Part shown: positions 36,509 through 46,747 of the stretch, in pieces | Numbering within the stretch: the stretch's first letter is position 1 | Layout of the letters: every line of letters starts with the position of its first letter | Origin: an uncultured archaeon | Lineage (GTDB): Archaea > Aenigmatarchaeota > Aenigmatarchaeia > QMZP01 > JACQNV01 | Reading direction: 5' to 3' | Length of the DNA: 64,000 nucleotides | NCBI GenBank assembly: GCA_964476045.1 | Contig: CAYYYJ010000001.1 | Coordinates: 50,733 to 114,732, forward strand | The notes under the pieces: generated by a model | What the model was told of the DNA's origin: nothing | The model's database searches: none | What the model saw: only the letters and a program-made list of their open reading frames with translations | Position numbers and translations under genes: made by a program

Positions 36509-36515
36509 ATGATCT

Positions 36516-36728
36516 TTATTCGCCCTTCAAATCCTTTGCCAGATAAAGCAAAACTAAGATAATAGTAAATACAAAAACGAGGAAGCCGCCATAGATTGCA
36601 ATGACAGACAGGCCGGGACTGAGAGCTGATATTCCCAATCCAGCAGCGAACATGAGTGCGCCTAATAAAATCGCCTTGAAACAAAACCCTTCATACTTCT
36701 TGAATTTGTTTTCATCTAGAGATGCCAT
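36516..36728 (-). CDS. small two-TM membrane protein
   Basis: 70 aa with two hydrophobic helices. Confidence 0.35.
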   Translation of the reverse strand: MASLDENKFKKYEGFCFKAILLGALMFAAGLGISALSPGLSVIAIYGGFLVFVFTIILVLLYLAKDLKGE

Positions 36729-36729
36729 A

Positions 36730-38790
36730 TTATGCTACCAAGTTGCTGACTTTAAAGATCTTGACCTCAGAGTTGTCAAAGACTAGCTTGAAGTTGTTTA
36801 AACCGACCCCATTGAAGAAGAACATCCTTGTAAATACGCTATCCCTTATTGACGGTTCCATGAATATTACGCTTGAAAAGTTTGGGTCAACCCATAGAAG
36901 TCCGTCAACAAATTCTGTATTAGTGGAATTTGCAGCGAAGTTAAGCAATTGGCCCTGGCCATTTTGGAACACTAGCATATTTTTAACTACAGCACTTCTC
37001 CCGTTCTGTGTTACAATGGGGATTAGACGTCCGTCTTTGTTTGAGATTACAATACTGCCGCCTGCATATACCAGTTCATTATTCTGCTGTTTTTCTAAAT
37101 TAAATGTTGCATAATTCTTGCCCTGGCCTGTGCCGAAGAAACTAAGCCAATAATATTTTCCGATGAGATCCGAGCTCGCGATTATATAAAAATCTGAGAC
37201 TGGCTTGCATGCATCTGGCGGAACAATATCCCCGAATGCTGCTCTGACTCGGCTGCATTGGGCAGGTGTGAGTTCCTTATATTTTTTCAGGATATCGAGG
37301 GCTTCAGTCTCGCTGGAAGTCACAAACATCTTGCCTGCATCCTTTATCCTTATGTTATGATTGTAGGGTATGCAATCGGCTGGAGAGCAATGCGCACCAT
37401 CCGCCTGAACTTTCAAACCAGTATATCCCGTGATGATGTGGCCTGGATCCCACCAGGTTGTTACTAAAGAATCTTTATCTGCATTTGTTTTTAGCCAGTC
37501 AAGTGCACTATACCAGTTCTGGCTTATCTGCAAACCGCTGTTTTGGTAGCCTGTGAGGATTGCATCTGAAACGAAAAACAATGAAATCAGGACAATCACA
37601 CCGTACAAGAAAACCTGGTAAGCAATCTGCTGCCTTTTTCTCATAAATGCAATGAGATTTGCCATCACGTAACCTGCTGCAACTGCCGTAGCGATCGAGA
37701 AGAGCAAAGAGAACCTAACGCCCCTTAATATCAAAATATAGCTAATTATCCACCAAGACAATAAGAAAACTTCCACAAAATTGGTTTTTATTTTCTTTTT
37801 TAACTTGTATAATATTATTGCAGGGACACCCAACAAAGAGAAAAGCATGGGGCCGATGCCAACTCTACCGGCTATCGATAAGAAACCTTCTTTTGTCAAA
37901 ATATTTACTGGCTGCAGTTCTGCAACAGAAACATTGACTATAAGCCCTTCGCCGAAAACAAACCCTAGGCTAACCAACATAGAAGCCAGCGGATTGCTCA
38001 ATCCGAAAACTTCCCCGAGGACGCTCGAAACAGCCAAGATTATAACAAGCGGTTTAACTATGTTTTTGAATTCTGGTTTTAGTTCTGCAAAACTCGGCAT
38101 TTTTCTGCTGTGGGCAGTATTTTCTATGAACCTGAAAATTAAAAAGCCTGGAATAAATAGAGTGAAAAGTATGAGCGGGAACCAGCCCCCATTCCAGCTA
38201 AACGCGAAGAAGAGGTTTGCGATTATAGAGAACGCATAATTAGGGACAGTGGGTTTTTTGAGAGTTCTTATTATCAGATAAATTGTTGTGAAAAACAGGA
38301 AGTTGACAGGGGCGTCGGAATCTGCGTAACCCCCCATCGAAACGCCTATGAGGGTTGGGGTCAGAACTGCGAACAGCGCCACCAGGAGACCGGCCCATTT
38401 ATTTTTGATGAGCCTGCCCAAGAGGAATGCAGGGATTATCGCTAGAATGACCATCAGTATCGGAGCGAATTTTACTACATCAGTTAAACTGTAATTCCCA
38501 AATAAGCCGGAGAGTTTGTAGAATACGGCCATTGTGTATGGCCATCCCTGACGAACATCATTTGGCCTTCCAGGAGGATAATAACTGAGTGTGTCCCATT
38601 TCAAAGGCTGGAAATCATTGTTTACAATCTCCTGTGTATGCCTAAAAAACCACCAAGGATCATAATCTAGAACAGTAGGCGAACTCAGCGTACCTGCCCG
38701 CACAAAATAAGCCAGATAGGCGATGAAGATTAGGCCTAAAATTACTGCGACCCTTTCGATCTGCTTTTTATCTTTACTCATCTTAAACAT
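36730..38790 (-). CDS. aglB: archaeal oligosaccharyltransferase AglB (STT3 family)
   Basis: 13 or more TM helices N-terminally, then catalytic WWDPGH (WWDYG-type motif) in TTWWDPGHIITGY; 686 aa. Confidence 0.85.
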   Translation of the reverse strand: MFKMSKDKKQIERVAVILGLIFIAYLAYFVRAGTLSSPTVLDYDPWWFFRHTQEIVNNDFQPLKWDTLSYYPPGRPNDVRQGWPYTMAVFYKLSGLFGNYSLTDVVKFAPILMVILAIIPAFLLGRLIKNKWAGLLVALFAVLTPTLIGVSMGGYADSDAPVNFLFFTTIYLIIRTLKKPTVPNYAFSIIANLFFAFSWNGGWFPLILFTLFIPGFLIFRFIENTAHSRKMPSFAELKPEFKNIVKPLVIILAVSSVLGEVFGLSNPLASMLVSLGFVFGEGLIVNVSVAELQPVNILTKEGFLSIAGRVGIGPMLFSLLGVPAIILYKLKKKIKTNFVEVFLLSWWIISYILILRGVRFSLLFSIATAVAAGYVMANLIAFMRKRQQIAYQVFLYGVIVLISLFFVSDAILTGYQNSGLQISQNWYSALDWLKTNADKDSLVTTWWDPGHIITGYTGLKVQADGAHCSPADCIPYNHNIRIKDAGKMFVTSSETEALDILKKYKELTPAQCSRVRAAFGDIVPPDACKPVSDFYIIASSDLIGKYYWLSFFGTGQGKNYATFNLEKQQNNELVYAGGSIVISNKDGRLIPIVTQNGRSAVVKNMLVFQNGQGQLLNFAANSTNTEFVDGLLWVDPNFSSVIFMEPSIRDSVFTRMFFFNGVGLNNFKLVFDNSEVKIFKVSNLVA

Positions 38791-38914
38791 AATAGTCTAA
38801 TAAGAACCGCGGTTTAATAAATACAGGTTTCAAGTAAATAAGAATTAGTGCCGTTTATAAAGATTCTCCTATATACCCTTTTCTTTTATAACCCAAAAAG
38901 AAGGAGTTACTAAC

Positions 38915-40492
38915 ATGAAACTGAAAATAGACAACTTTGTTATAGCTTTTTTGATAATTTTAATTTTAAATGTCTCTTTACATTTGTACGAATTGGGAAA
39001 ACAGATAACATGGGTCGACGAGCCAATATATGTTGTTGGCGGGGCAAAACTCCTTTTACAGAAGGGCGCGTACGATCCGCTTCTCTGGAATTTTGAGCAT
39101 CCGCCAGCAGGAAAATATCTTATAGGGTTGGCGACTTTGCTTTCTCCAGCTAATTTGAAACCCCTGATAGACTTATCTCCCAATAATTATCTGGGCCTTG
39201 GATATCCTGCAGTAGCGAAAGCCATAGACGAGTCTCTTCCATTTTCTCGTTTATCGCCGGCGCTTTTCGGAATCCTCTTATCAATAATTATCTGCCTATT
39301 TGCAAAAGACCTTTACGGAAAAAAGGCAGGATTGTTAGCTTTCCTTATTTCTACCATATCAATAGATTTGCTCACTTGGAGCAGGCTGGCTTACCTTGAC
39401 ATTTTCCTTGCATTTTTCTTTACAGTGTCATCCTATATTTTCTACAAATTAGTGGCTTTGAGCGATGACGCAACACAAAAAACAAAAAACAGGAAAATAG
39501 CCTATTCTATCTTATTAGGCGTTTTTGTTGGATTGACATTTACAGCAAAAAGCACGCAACCAATGCCCCTCATCGTATCGCTTTTTATCCTTTCACTTTT
39601 CTACAGGAAAAAGGTCTATACAAAAAATACCCTGCCGTTTATAGCGATCCCGCTAGCCATTTCGATTTTCTCGACTATAGGGAACCTCGAACTGTTTTCC
39701 AAAGCAACCTTTGATTATTTTGGCGCAACCAGCAGGCAACTTTCCTTTAACCCGGTGAATAACGCTGTTAGGGTATTTGAAAGGGTCCAACTGCCACTCC
39801 TGGGGCTTTTCTTTGTATCTGTTTACTTTTTGTGGAAAAAGAAAGCGCTTCTGAAAAATAAAATAATACTGATACCTATTTTAATTGCATTCCTTAGCTT
39901 CATATTTTCAGTGAACACCAGCCACAGATATTTCCTGCCAATGATACCATTTTTGATAATACTCAGTTCGTCTATCAACCTTGAAAACAAGAACCTGAAA
40001 TTTTTGTGTTTCATAGCCTTAATACTAGCAACGTATCCTGTAATTGAATCGTTCCCCGAATACACCCTATATACAAACACCTTAGATAAGGCAACAGGCA
40101 ACAACTACTTCTGGGAAGAAGCTGGATTTGCTGGCCTTGACGAAGCAGCGAAATATGTGTCATCGAATACATCACAAAACGGCATAATTTTCATTACACA
40201 GGATGCAATAAGGTACAGAGTGTTCAATAGACCGATTTTAGCATACGAAGGCGGCCAAACCTTGCTCTACTTGCCTGATGGGCAAGTGGGCCAAACAAGC
40301 AACATATTCTGCGATGGCCTTTCAAAATTCCGGGAAAACAATATAACAACATTAATAATACAAAATCCGATGATGCTAGACAAAAGCTATTGTGAAGGGA
40401 TACGACAATTATACAATACAGAAAAGCCAACACAAGTCATAACTAAAAACGGGATGGACGTGATAAAAATATTCTCAATAGAACGGAGTTGA
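38915..40492 (+). CDS. GT-C fold membrane glycosyltransferase (family 39/83-like, PMT/ArnT-type)
   Basis: Polytopic membrane protein with the loop-1 acidic motif VDEPIY near the N-terminus, as in PMT/ArnT-like enzymes. Confidence 0.55.
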   Translation: MKLKIDNFVIAFLIILILNVSLHLYELGKQITWVDEPIYVVGGAKLLLQKGAYDPLLWNFEHPPAGKYLIGLATLLSPANLKPLIDLSPNNYLGLGYPAVAKAIDESLPFSRLSPALFGILLSIIICLFAKDLYGKKAGLLAFLISTISIDLLTWSRLAYLDIFLAFFFTVSSYIFYKLVALSDDATQKTKNRKIAYSILLGVFVGLTFTAKSTQPMPLIVSLFILSLFYRKKVYTKNTLPFIAIPLAISIFSTIGNLELFSKATFDYFGATSRQLSFNPVNNAVRVFERVQLPLLGLFFVSVYFLWKKKALLKNKIILIPILIAFLSFIFSVNTSHRYFLPMIPFLIILSSSINLENKNLKFLCFIALILATYPVIESFPEYTLYTNTLDKATGNNYFWEEAGFAGLDEAAKYVSSNTSQNGIIFITQDAIRYRVFNRPILAYEGGQTLLYLPDGQVGQTSNIFCDGLSKFRENNITTLIIQNPMMLDKSYCEGIRQLYNTEKPTQVITKNGMDVIKIFSIERS

Positions 40493-40508
40493 GTTCTTTA
40501 AACAATTT

Positions 40509-41024
40509 ATGGGATTGATTTCAGGCTTTAGGAGAAGGGGGATAATAAACCTGCTTAAGAAATACGTCAAGCAGGGAGATTATGTTTTAGATTTAGGTTC
40601 TGGGAAAGGCACAATACTAAAATCGCTTGGAGTAAAAGGTGTTGGTGTAGATAAGTTCATAAAGCCTCAGGATACCGATAAAATAAAATTCCTGCAATCT
40701 GACATAACAGCCAAACTCCCCCTCAAAGAAAACACTTTTGACGTCTGCATAATGTCCGCTGTTTTGGAGCACCTTACAGATGCAAAAGTTTTGGAAGAGG
40801 CTAGGCGTGTGCTGAAGCCGAAAGGGAAACTTATTATTCTTACACCAAAACCTTCTGCAGATATACTTCTGTTGGTCATGTGGAAATTGGGTTTGCTCGA
40901 CGAGTTTGAACATTATGTGTATTATACATCGAGAGGTCTAGAGACCATTGCAAAAAATTATGGTTTCAGGGTCCTGGAAAACAGGTCTTTCGGAGTAGTC
41001 AATTTATGCGTCTGCCATAAGTAA
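40509..41024 (+). CDS. class I SAM-dependent methyltransferase
   Basis: VLDLGSGKGT motif I; LKPKGKLIILTP. Confidence 0.7.
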   Translation: MGLISGFRRRGIINLLKKYVKQGDYVLDLGSGKGTILKSLGVKGVGVDKFIKPQDTDKIKFLQSDITAKLPLKENTFDVCIMSAVLEHLTDAKVLEEARRVLKPKGKLIILTPKPSADILLLVMWKLGLLDEFEHYVYYTSRGLETIAKNYGFRVLENRSFGVVNLCVCHK

Positions 41025-41044
41025 AGGTCCAAAAGCATTTTCCT

Positions 41045-42823
41045 ATGATCAATGCGATAAAAAACGAATTAAAGCAAAAACAGTTTAGGGCATTCATAAT
41101 AATCCTGATTGCAGTAACAGCCTTATTCTGGGCAACAAGAACCCATGTGCTAAGCTATGATGAGTACAGGGACCTTTACCTGTCAAAAGCTTTGCTTAAT
41201 GGGGAATATAGCTACTATGGCGATGCATATTACAAACATCCTCCCCTATACATGATCCTGCTGTCTGTCTCGTCCAGAGTTTTCGGTTACGGCGAAGATG
41301 CAGGTTATGTTTTGTCAATAGTTTTCGGCATACTCACAGCTGTTTTAACATATCTTTTTGTCTCAAAATTCGTGGATAAAAAGCTTGCAATACCATCTTG
41401 CTTTATCCTTATACTCAACCCATGGTTTTCAAAATTTGCTAGAGACCTGAGATTTGAAATAGCAACAATGTTTTTCCTATTCCTGACAGTTTACTTTTTC
41501 TATAGCTATATAGAAAACAAAAGAAAAAGGTCGCTTGCCCTAACTGGAGTCTCTTTAGGGCTGGGTTTGCTTACCAAGACATTTGTGTTCCTGATAATCC
41601 CGTCTCTTGCGATATTTTTGCTGTGGCTGGTTTACAAGAAAAAAATGCCTTTCCCAGAAGCTGCTAAATCTTTCATTTCTATAATAATTGTAGCGGGACT
41701 GATCTACTCGCCTTGGCTGATCTATACCCAAATCAATGGGGGCCCTTCCCAGTTTATTGCCCAAAGCGAAGAGTTCACAGGGCAAGTGAGATGGAACCCC
41801 GATTACGTGTCGCCGCCAATTTACTTTTATTTGGCAGAGCTTCAAAATCTCCTTACAATACCGATCTTAATATTATCTGTAATAGGGCTTCTGCTTGTAA
41901 ATAAAAAGGGCCATATGTTCTATCTTATATCAGCTTGGATAATTTTCCACATAGCTTTCGTATCCATAATGGGCTACAAAGAAACCAGGTTCATAATGTA
42001 TCTGGTGCCCATATTTTCAATAGCAGCTGCTGTTGGAGCGAAAAAAATACTTGGAAAACTCAATTTGAATAAAACAGTTTTACTTTATCTGCTTGTTATA
42101 ATCCTAATGATTCCAGGCATAGCTTTGGCGGAAAACCCTGTATGGAAAGAATACCCAACGCCAAAAGACTGGGATTTGTGGGGCCATCTTAAACAAAATA
42201 TCGATAGGAATGAATATGTTTTAGCCGATGACTATGGGATGGTTGAACTCTATTCGAACCCATCTGATGTTGTAATCGGCGACTGGCAGGCAGATGCTGG
42301 AAGGTATCTAACATACGATTCAAAATACGTGCTGCTAGAACCTAAAGTGGCTTATGTAAATGATGTGGATAAACAGGCAATCTTTTCAAAAGTAAAAGAT
42401 TTCTATTACGGCGGGCCTGACAGGAAAATAAACCTAACACTTTACAAGGTGGACACGCAAAAACTGGCTTCAATGCTTTATGGGAACAGCTCAATACAAA
42501 TTAAAGGGAAGCTCACTAACACAATGAATGCCAATCCTATAAACAAGGGGAAAATCCTCGTAGCAACCACAGTTGGCCAGATTATAAACATCTTCTACAC
42601 AAAACCGAATGGAGAATTCGCATTGTATCTGCCAGCGGCAGGGCAGTATTTAGTTAACCCAAAGGCTTTCGGATACGAAGAGAAGACGCTGATTCTCCAG
42701 ACTGATGGAAGCCAGGCGCTAATCTGCGCAAATCCAAACAACTGCTTCCAGAAAAGCAGTGTGGACATCAGCCTCGAATTTAAAGGATTCTTTAACCATG
42801 GATACAAGGATGCGAGATTCTAG
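41045..42823 (+). CDS. GT-C fold membrane glycosyltransferase with C-terminal carboxypeptidase-regulatory-like beta domain
   Basis: N-terminal 10 or more TM helices (YYKHPPLYMILL loop); C-terminal KILVATTVGQIINIFYTKPNGEFALYLPAAGQYLV resembles CarboxypepD_reg-like domains. Confidence 0.5.
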   Translation: MINAIKNELKQKQFRAFIIILIAVTALFWATRTHVLSYDEYRDLYLSKALLNGEYSYYGDAYYKHPPLYMILLSVSSRVFGYGEDAGYVLSIVFGILTAVLTYLFVSKFVDKKLAIPSCFILILNPWFSKFARDLRFEIATMFFLFLTVYFFYSYIENKRKRSLALTGVSLGLGLLTKTFVFLIIPSLAIFLLWLVYKKKMPFPEAAKSFISIIIVAGLIYSPWLIYTQINGGPSQFIAQSEEFTGQVRWNPDYVSPPIYFYLAELQNLLTIPILILSVIGLLLVNKKGHMFYLISAWIIFHIAFVSIMGYKETRFIMYLVPIFSIAAAVGAKKILGKLNLNKTVLLYLLVIILMIPGIALAENPVWKEYPTPKDWDLWGHLKQNIDRNEYVLADDYGMVELYSNPSDVVIGDWQADAGRYLTYDSKYVLLEPKVAYVNDVDKQAIFSKVKDFYYGGPDRKINLTLYKVDTQKLASMLYGNSSIQIKGKLTNTMNANPINKGKILVATTVGQIINIFYTKPNGEFALYLPAAGQYLVNPKAFGYEEKTLILQTDGSQALICANPNNCFQKSSVDISLEFKGFFNHGYKDARF

Positions 42824-42824
42824 T

Positions 42825-44012
42825 TCATGAACTGATTTTCTCTTCAATTAACCTCTCATAAACCTCAATATACTTATTCGCAAGATTCTTCCACAAATAT
42901 TTTTCAACTTCTTTTTTCTGCGATTCTATCATCGTCGCCCTCACGCTCTTGTCTGAAAGGGCAATATTTATTTTTTCTGCGAGATCTTTTGGGTCGCCTG
43001 GATTTGCAAGCAAACCAGAGCCATTCTTTACTATTTCAGGTATCCCGCCCACATTTGTAGAAACAAGGGGCGTCCCGGAAACAAAGCAGTCCAGCAATGC
43101 AACAGGAAAAGGCTCGTATAGGCTTGGCAGGACGTACACATCTGATGCTCTTATATAACTCTGTATTTTTGTATGTTCTATTTTTCCGGCAAACTTCACC
43201 CTGTTTTCCAGGTTAAATTTTTTCGCTATTGATCTCAACTGCGGTTCAAATGGCCCGTTTCCGGCTATAGAGAGCTTCACATCGTTGTCAACATAGCTAA
43301 GGGCTTCAATCAAATATTGCAGCCCTTTCCATGGGACTAATCTGCACGCAGCTGTAATTGTGCGATTTCCTCCAAAACCTTTCTTAAAATCCTCAACATC
43401 ATTTTGATTGACAAGGTTGTCAATCCCGTTATTTAGCAACACCAACTGATCTTTCTTTATCCTTGTTATATCCTCAAGCCATTTCATCTGGTATTCGCTA
43501 TTAGGAGCAATTAGCCCATATCTCTTTCCTATATGCCTTTGCAAGCTTTCAAAGAAGTTTATTCTAAAAGAATTTTTCTTAAAGAGTTTTTCCGGGCTTT
43601 CGTGGCCCCATTTTATGTGCGAAACATATTCCCATGCAAGGTCGCCGCCAAACTGGCAAATGCTGGGCAAATTGAACTTCCTGTTTACCAAGGCCCCTGC
43701 CAAACCTGAGATATTCATGTCACGCGAGTGTAAAACCGAAATTTTATATTTTCTTACTATCTGCGTGCCCAAAAGGCCCATTAAAAGTATTTTCCTTAGA
43801 ACAGAAATCGGGGATTTAAAACCGCTAATATGGCTTGTCCTGTGGACGTAAACATCTTCATCTATTTGCAATGCAGAGGAGCCTTTATATCCTTGTGTAA
43901 GGACATGGACTTCGATCCCTTTTTTAACAAGGTTTTTCGAGAGCTGGGGCACACTGGACGCAGGGCCTCCTAATAGGGGAGGATAATTAGCTGAGACTAT
44001 CAAAATTTTCAT
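42825..44012 (-). CDS. family 4 glycosyltransferase (GT-B)
   Basis: YEPFPVALLDCFVSGTPLVSTNVGGIPE (E-x7-E). Confidence 0.8.
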   Translation of the reverse strand: MKILIVSANYPPLLGGPASSVPQLSKNLVKKGIEVHVLTQGYKGSSALQIDEDVYVHRTSHISGFKSPISVLRKILLMGLLGTQIVRKYKISVLHSRDMNISGLAGALVNRKFNLPSICQFGGDLAWEYVSHIKWGHESPEKLFKKNSFRINFFESLQRHIGKRYGLIAPNSEYQMKWLEDITRIKKDQLVLLNNGIDNLVNQNDVEDFKKGFGGNRTITAACRLVPWKGLQYLIEALSYVDNDVKLSIAGNGPFEPQLRSIAKKFNLENRVKFAGKIEHTKIQSYIRASDVYVLPSLYEPFPVALLDCFVSGTPLVSTNVGGIPEIVKNGSGLLANPGDPKDLAEKINIALSDKSVRATMIESQKKEVEKYLWKNLANKYIEVYERLIEEKISS

Positions 44013-44050
44013 GTTATTTATTTAAGGCATTCATATATTAGACTATTCCT

Positions 44051-45436
44051 ATGTCATTGAACAAACCTGATTATATTGAACAATCTAGAAGGATTTTCGA
44101 TTTCCTTATTTCAATTAAAAAAGACGAATTCTGGAAAGAGCTGGTGGATTTGGATAGCAATCAAAATTATGGCCAAACAATGATAGATGACCTCGGGGAT
44201 ACCATGCCTTTCATGGCTTTCTTCGGTAAAACATCAGGGAAAAAATATCTAGCTGAAGCTGACACAATATCAAAATCCTCTATATTAAAATTCCGGAAAA
44301 ATGGGCTGTTCATAACAACAAACAAAACAGCGCTGAAGTCGCTTTCGTTCTTTGACTCAAACAAAATGTCAGACCTTATACTCGGGATAAATTTGCTTTA
44401 CATGCTGACGAAAGACGAGTTCTATCTCAATGCTTCTAAAGCTTTCTTTGACTCCATGGGTAAGCGCATGATTTCTAAAAAAGGGTTTGTGAACTTCATG
44501 TACATAAACGGGATTAAATTAAAATTCACATCAGGCAGTTTCTCAGGCCTTTACATGGAGGAGCTTTGCAGCTTGTACGAATTCACAAAAGAGAAGAAGT
44601 ATCTGGAGCAGGCTGATAATATTGCAAAATATTGGATAAATTCAGATCACTTCAAAAAAAATAACTTATTCTCTTTTGGGCTGGACCATAATTTTGTAAC
44701 CGGCAAATTCATGAGAAAACTGTTTAAGAAAACAATAGGCTGCGATATAGACAGCGTGATGACAAGCAAAGCTAATACAAATCTTCTTTTCGGGTTATGC
44801 GAATTATATAAACTGACAAAAGATCTTGAAGTTAGAAAATCAATTTTACTATGGAAAACTGCTTTAGTAAAAAAACTCAGATCAGATAAAGGATATTTTT
44901 ACTCACTTCTTGCAGAAAAGGAGAAGAAATACATCTCGCTAGCATATGACCATGCTGTAATAGATGTTTTTCTGGAAATTTACAGAGTCACTGGAGATAA
45001 AGAGAGCCTAGAGCTAGCCAAATCTACAGCAGACAGCTGGATCTCATTACAGGGTAAATCTGGATTGGTTCCTGAGACAATTGAGGGGGAGCAAACCTCA
45101 TTTGTGAAAGAACACAAAGATCTAAGTCACAATGTTTCGCGATTGGACTCTCAGACAGATTTTTCTGTAGTCCTGATGAAGCTTTACGAATTAACTCAGG
45201 ACAAAAAATATATTGTTTCAGCTGACAAAATACTCCGCGGAATAATGGATTATCACAGATACAAAAAAGGGTTTGTAGATATCCTGGACCTGTCTACACT
45301 AAAGCCTCTATCAGGCATCATAGAAGCCAAGTTTTTATTTTTACTGACAAAAACTTTCCTTTTGAGAGCTTATATCTCGACTGGGGGAAAGGTTTATAAA
45401 ACCGATCTAGTAAGAAGTCTTGTGAGGGACAGGTGA
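44051..45436 (+). CDS. hypothetical protein in glycosylation island (possibly helical-repeat/toroid fold)
   Basis: 461-aa soluble ORF with repeated aromatic-rich helical segments; no catalytic motif recognised. Confidence 0.4.
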   Translation: MSLNKPDYIEQSRRIFDFLISIKKDEFWKELVDLDSNQNYGQTMIDDLGDTMPFMAFFGKTSGKKYLAEADTISKSSILKFRKNGLFITTNKTALKSLSFFDSNKMSDLILGINLLYMLTKDEFYLNASKAFFDSMGKRMISKKGFVNFMYINGIKLKFTSGSFSGLYMEELCSLYEFTKEKKYLEQADNIAKYWINSDHFKKNNLFSFGLDHNFVTGKFMRKLFKKTIGCDIDSVMTSKANTNLLFGLCELYKLTKDLEVRKSILLWKTALVKKLRSDKGYFYSLLAEKEKKYISLAYDHAVIDVFLEIYRVTGDKESLELAKSTADSWISLQGKSGLVPETIEGEQTSFVKEHKDLSHNVSRLDSQTDFSVVLMKLYELTQDKKYIVSADKILRGIMDYHRYKKGFVDILDLSTLKPLSGIIEAKFLFLLTKTFLLRAYISTGGKVYKTDLVRSLVRDR

Positions 45437-45445
45437 GCGGATTAC

Positions 45446-46747
45446 TTGTATTTTATGGATGTCTATCATTGTATCAAAACCAGGCGAAGTATAAGAAAAT
45501 ACAAAAATAAAAAAATACCAGAAAACCTTCTAAAAGAAGTTCTCCAGGTAGCTACTTGTGCACCATCTTCTTGCAACCAGCAGATGTACTATTTTATCAA
45601 CGTGGAGGATGAAAAGATAAGAGAGCGGTTAGAGAAGGAGGCTGGCTTTTGGCTGAACAAAAGAATTCCGCATGCAGTATTTGTGATAGCTGACAAAAGG
45701 TTCGGCTCAGAGCTGTTTGCAAATATACAGAGCGCTGCAGCTGGAATAGAAAATATTCTTTTATATGCACATTCAATTGGCTTAGGCGGCTTGTGGATGT
45801 GCGGAGTAGGAGACCGCGGCGTGATTAAAAAAATACTAAACGTCTCTGATAAATATCATTTGGTCGGCTGCATAGGCCTAGGATATCCTGATGAAATACC
45901 TCTAACACCAACTAAAAGGCAAATACAGGAGATATACTTCAAGAATAGCTTCGCAGAACCGAATTCTAGAAAATCCGATCCAGACTATTGGGACTACAGC
46001 CAGATAAATGGCCTGGCTGAGCGCGCTATATTTGCTCATTCTCCTGATGTCGGGTACAAACACCTCTTTAAAATACAATTCCAGAATGAGCTTGAATACA
46101 TATCCAAGCGCCTCGGAAAAGAGAATTTGAGTGTTTACGAGATATCGGGGACTTATTTGTTTGAACTGGCTTTAAGAAATCCAGATAAAAAATTTTACAG
46201 CATTTCCCAGTCAGATCGTGTAGCTGAGTGGTTGGCTCTGAGAGCCAAGTTCTTGGGCCTGGAAAATGTGACCTGCCTAAAAGGCGCCCTGAATCAGATA
46301 AAAAACAGGTCGTTTGATTCTGTCCTTCTTCTCGAGCTTGTCAATAGGATACCGGAGAAGGAGAGGATGAATATACTTAACTCTAGTAAAAATCTCATTA
46401 AATCAGACGGGAAGATAATCCTCTCTATGCTAAACAAAATCTCGCTGTATGGATTTCTTTTCAGGAAAGGGGTAAGCAGGAGATTTGGCCCGGAGATATC
46501 GACTAGCCATCTAGAAATTAAAAAACTTCTGGACAGGTCTAACCTGAAAATAAGGCAGAGGGTCGGCTTCAATCTCATCCCATCCGCTAAAATATTTTTC
46601 AAGATAGGCGTCCCAGGCAAATATACTTTTTTGAACACCTGCTTCAGGAGATTTGCAAAAACAAACATGTTGGAAAATTCAATAAGCTACAGTTTCCTAA
46701 AAAACTTCAGTTCATCAAACATCTACGTAGTGCAAAAATATGGATAA
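45446..46747 (+). CDS. nitroreductase-domain protein fused to a methyltransferase-like C-terminal domain
   Basis: N-terminus YHCIKTRRSIRKYKNKKIPENLLKEVLQVATCAPSSCNQQ (nitroreductase fold) plus C-terminal Rossmann-like segment (SFDSVLLLELVNRIP...IKSDGKIILSM). Confidence 0.55.
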   Translation: MYFMDVYHCIKTRRSIRKYKNKKIPENLLKEVLQVATCAPSSCNQQMYYFINVEDEKIRERLEKEAGFWLNKRIPHAVFVIADKRFGSELFANIQSAAAGIENILLYAHSIGLGGLWMCGVGDRGVIKKILNVSDKYHLVGCIGLGYPDEIPLTPTKRQIQEIYFKNSFAEPNSRKSDPDYWDYSQINGLAERAIFAHSPDVGYKHLFKIQFQNELEYISKRLGKENLSVYEISGTYLFELALRNPDKKFYSISQSDRVAEWLALRAKFLGLENVTCLKGALNQIKNRSFDSVLLLELVNRIPEKERMNILNSSKNLIKSDGKIILSMLNKISLYGFLFRKGVSRRFGPEISTSHLEIKKLLDRSNLKIRQRVGFNLIPSAKIFFKIGVPGKYTFLNTCFRRFAKTNMLENSISYSFLKNFSSSNIYVVQKYG

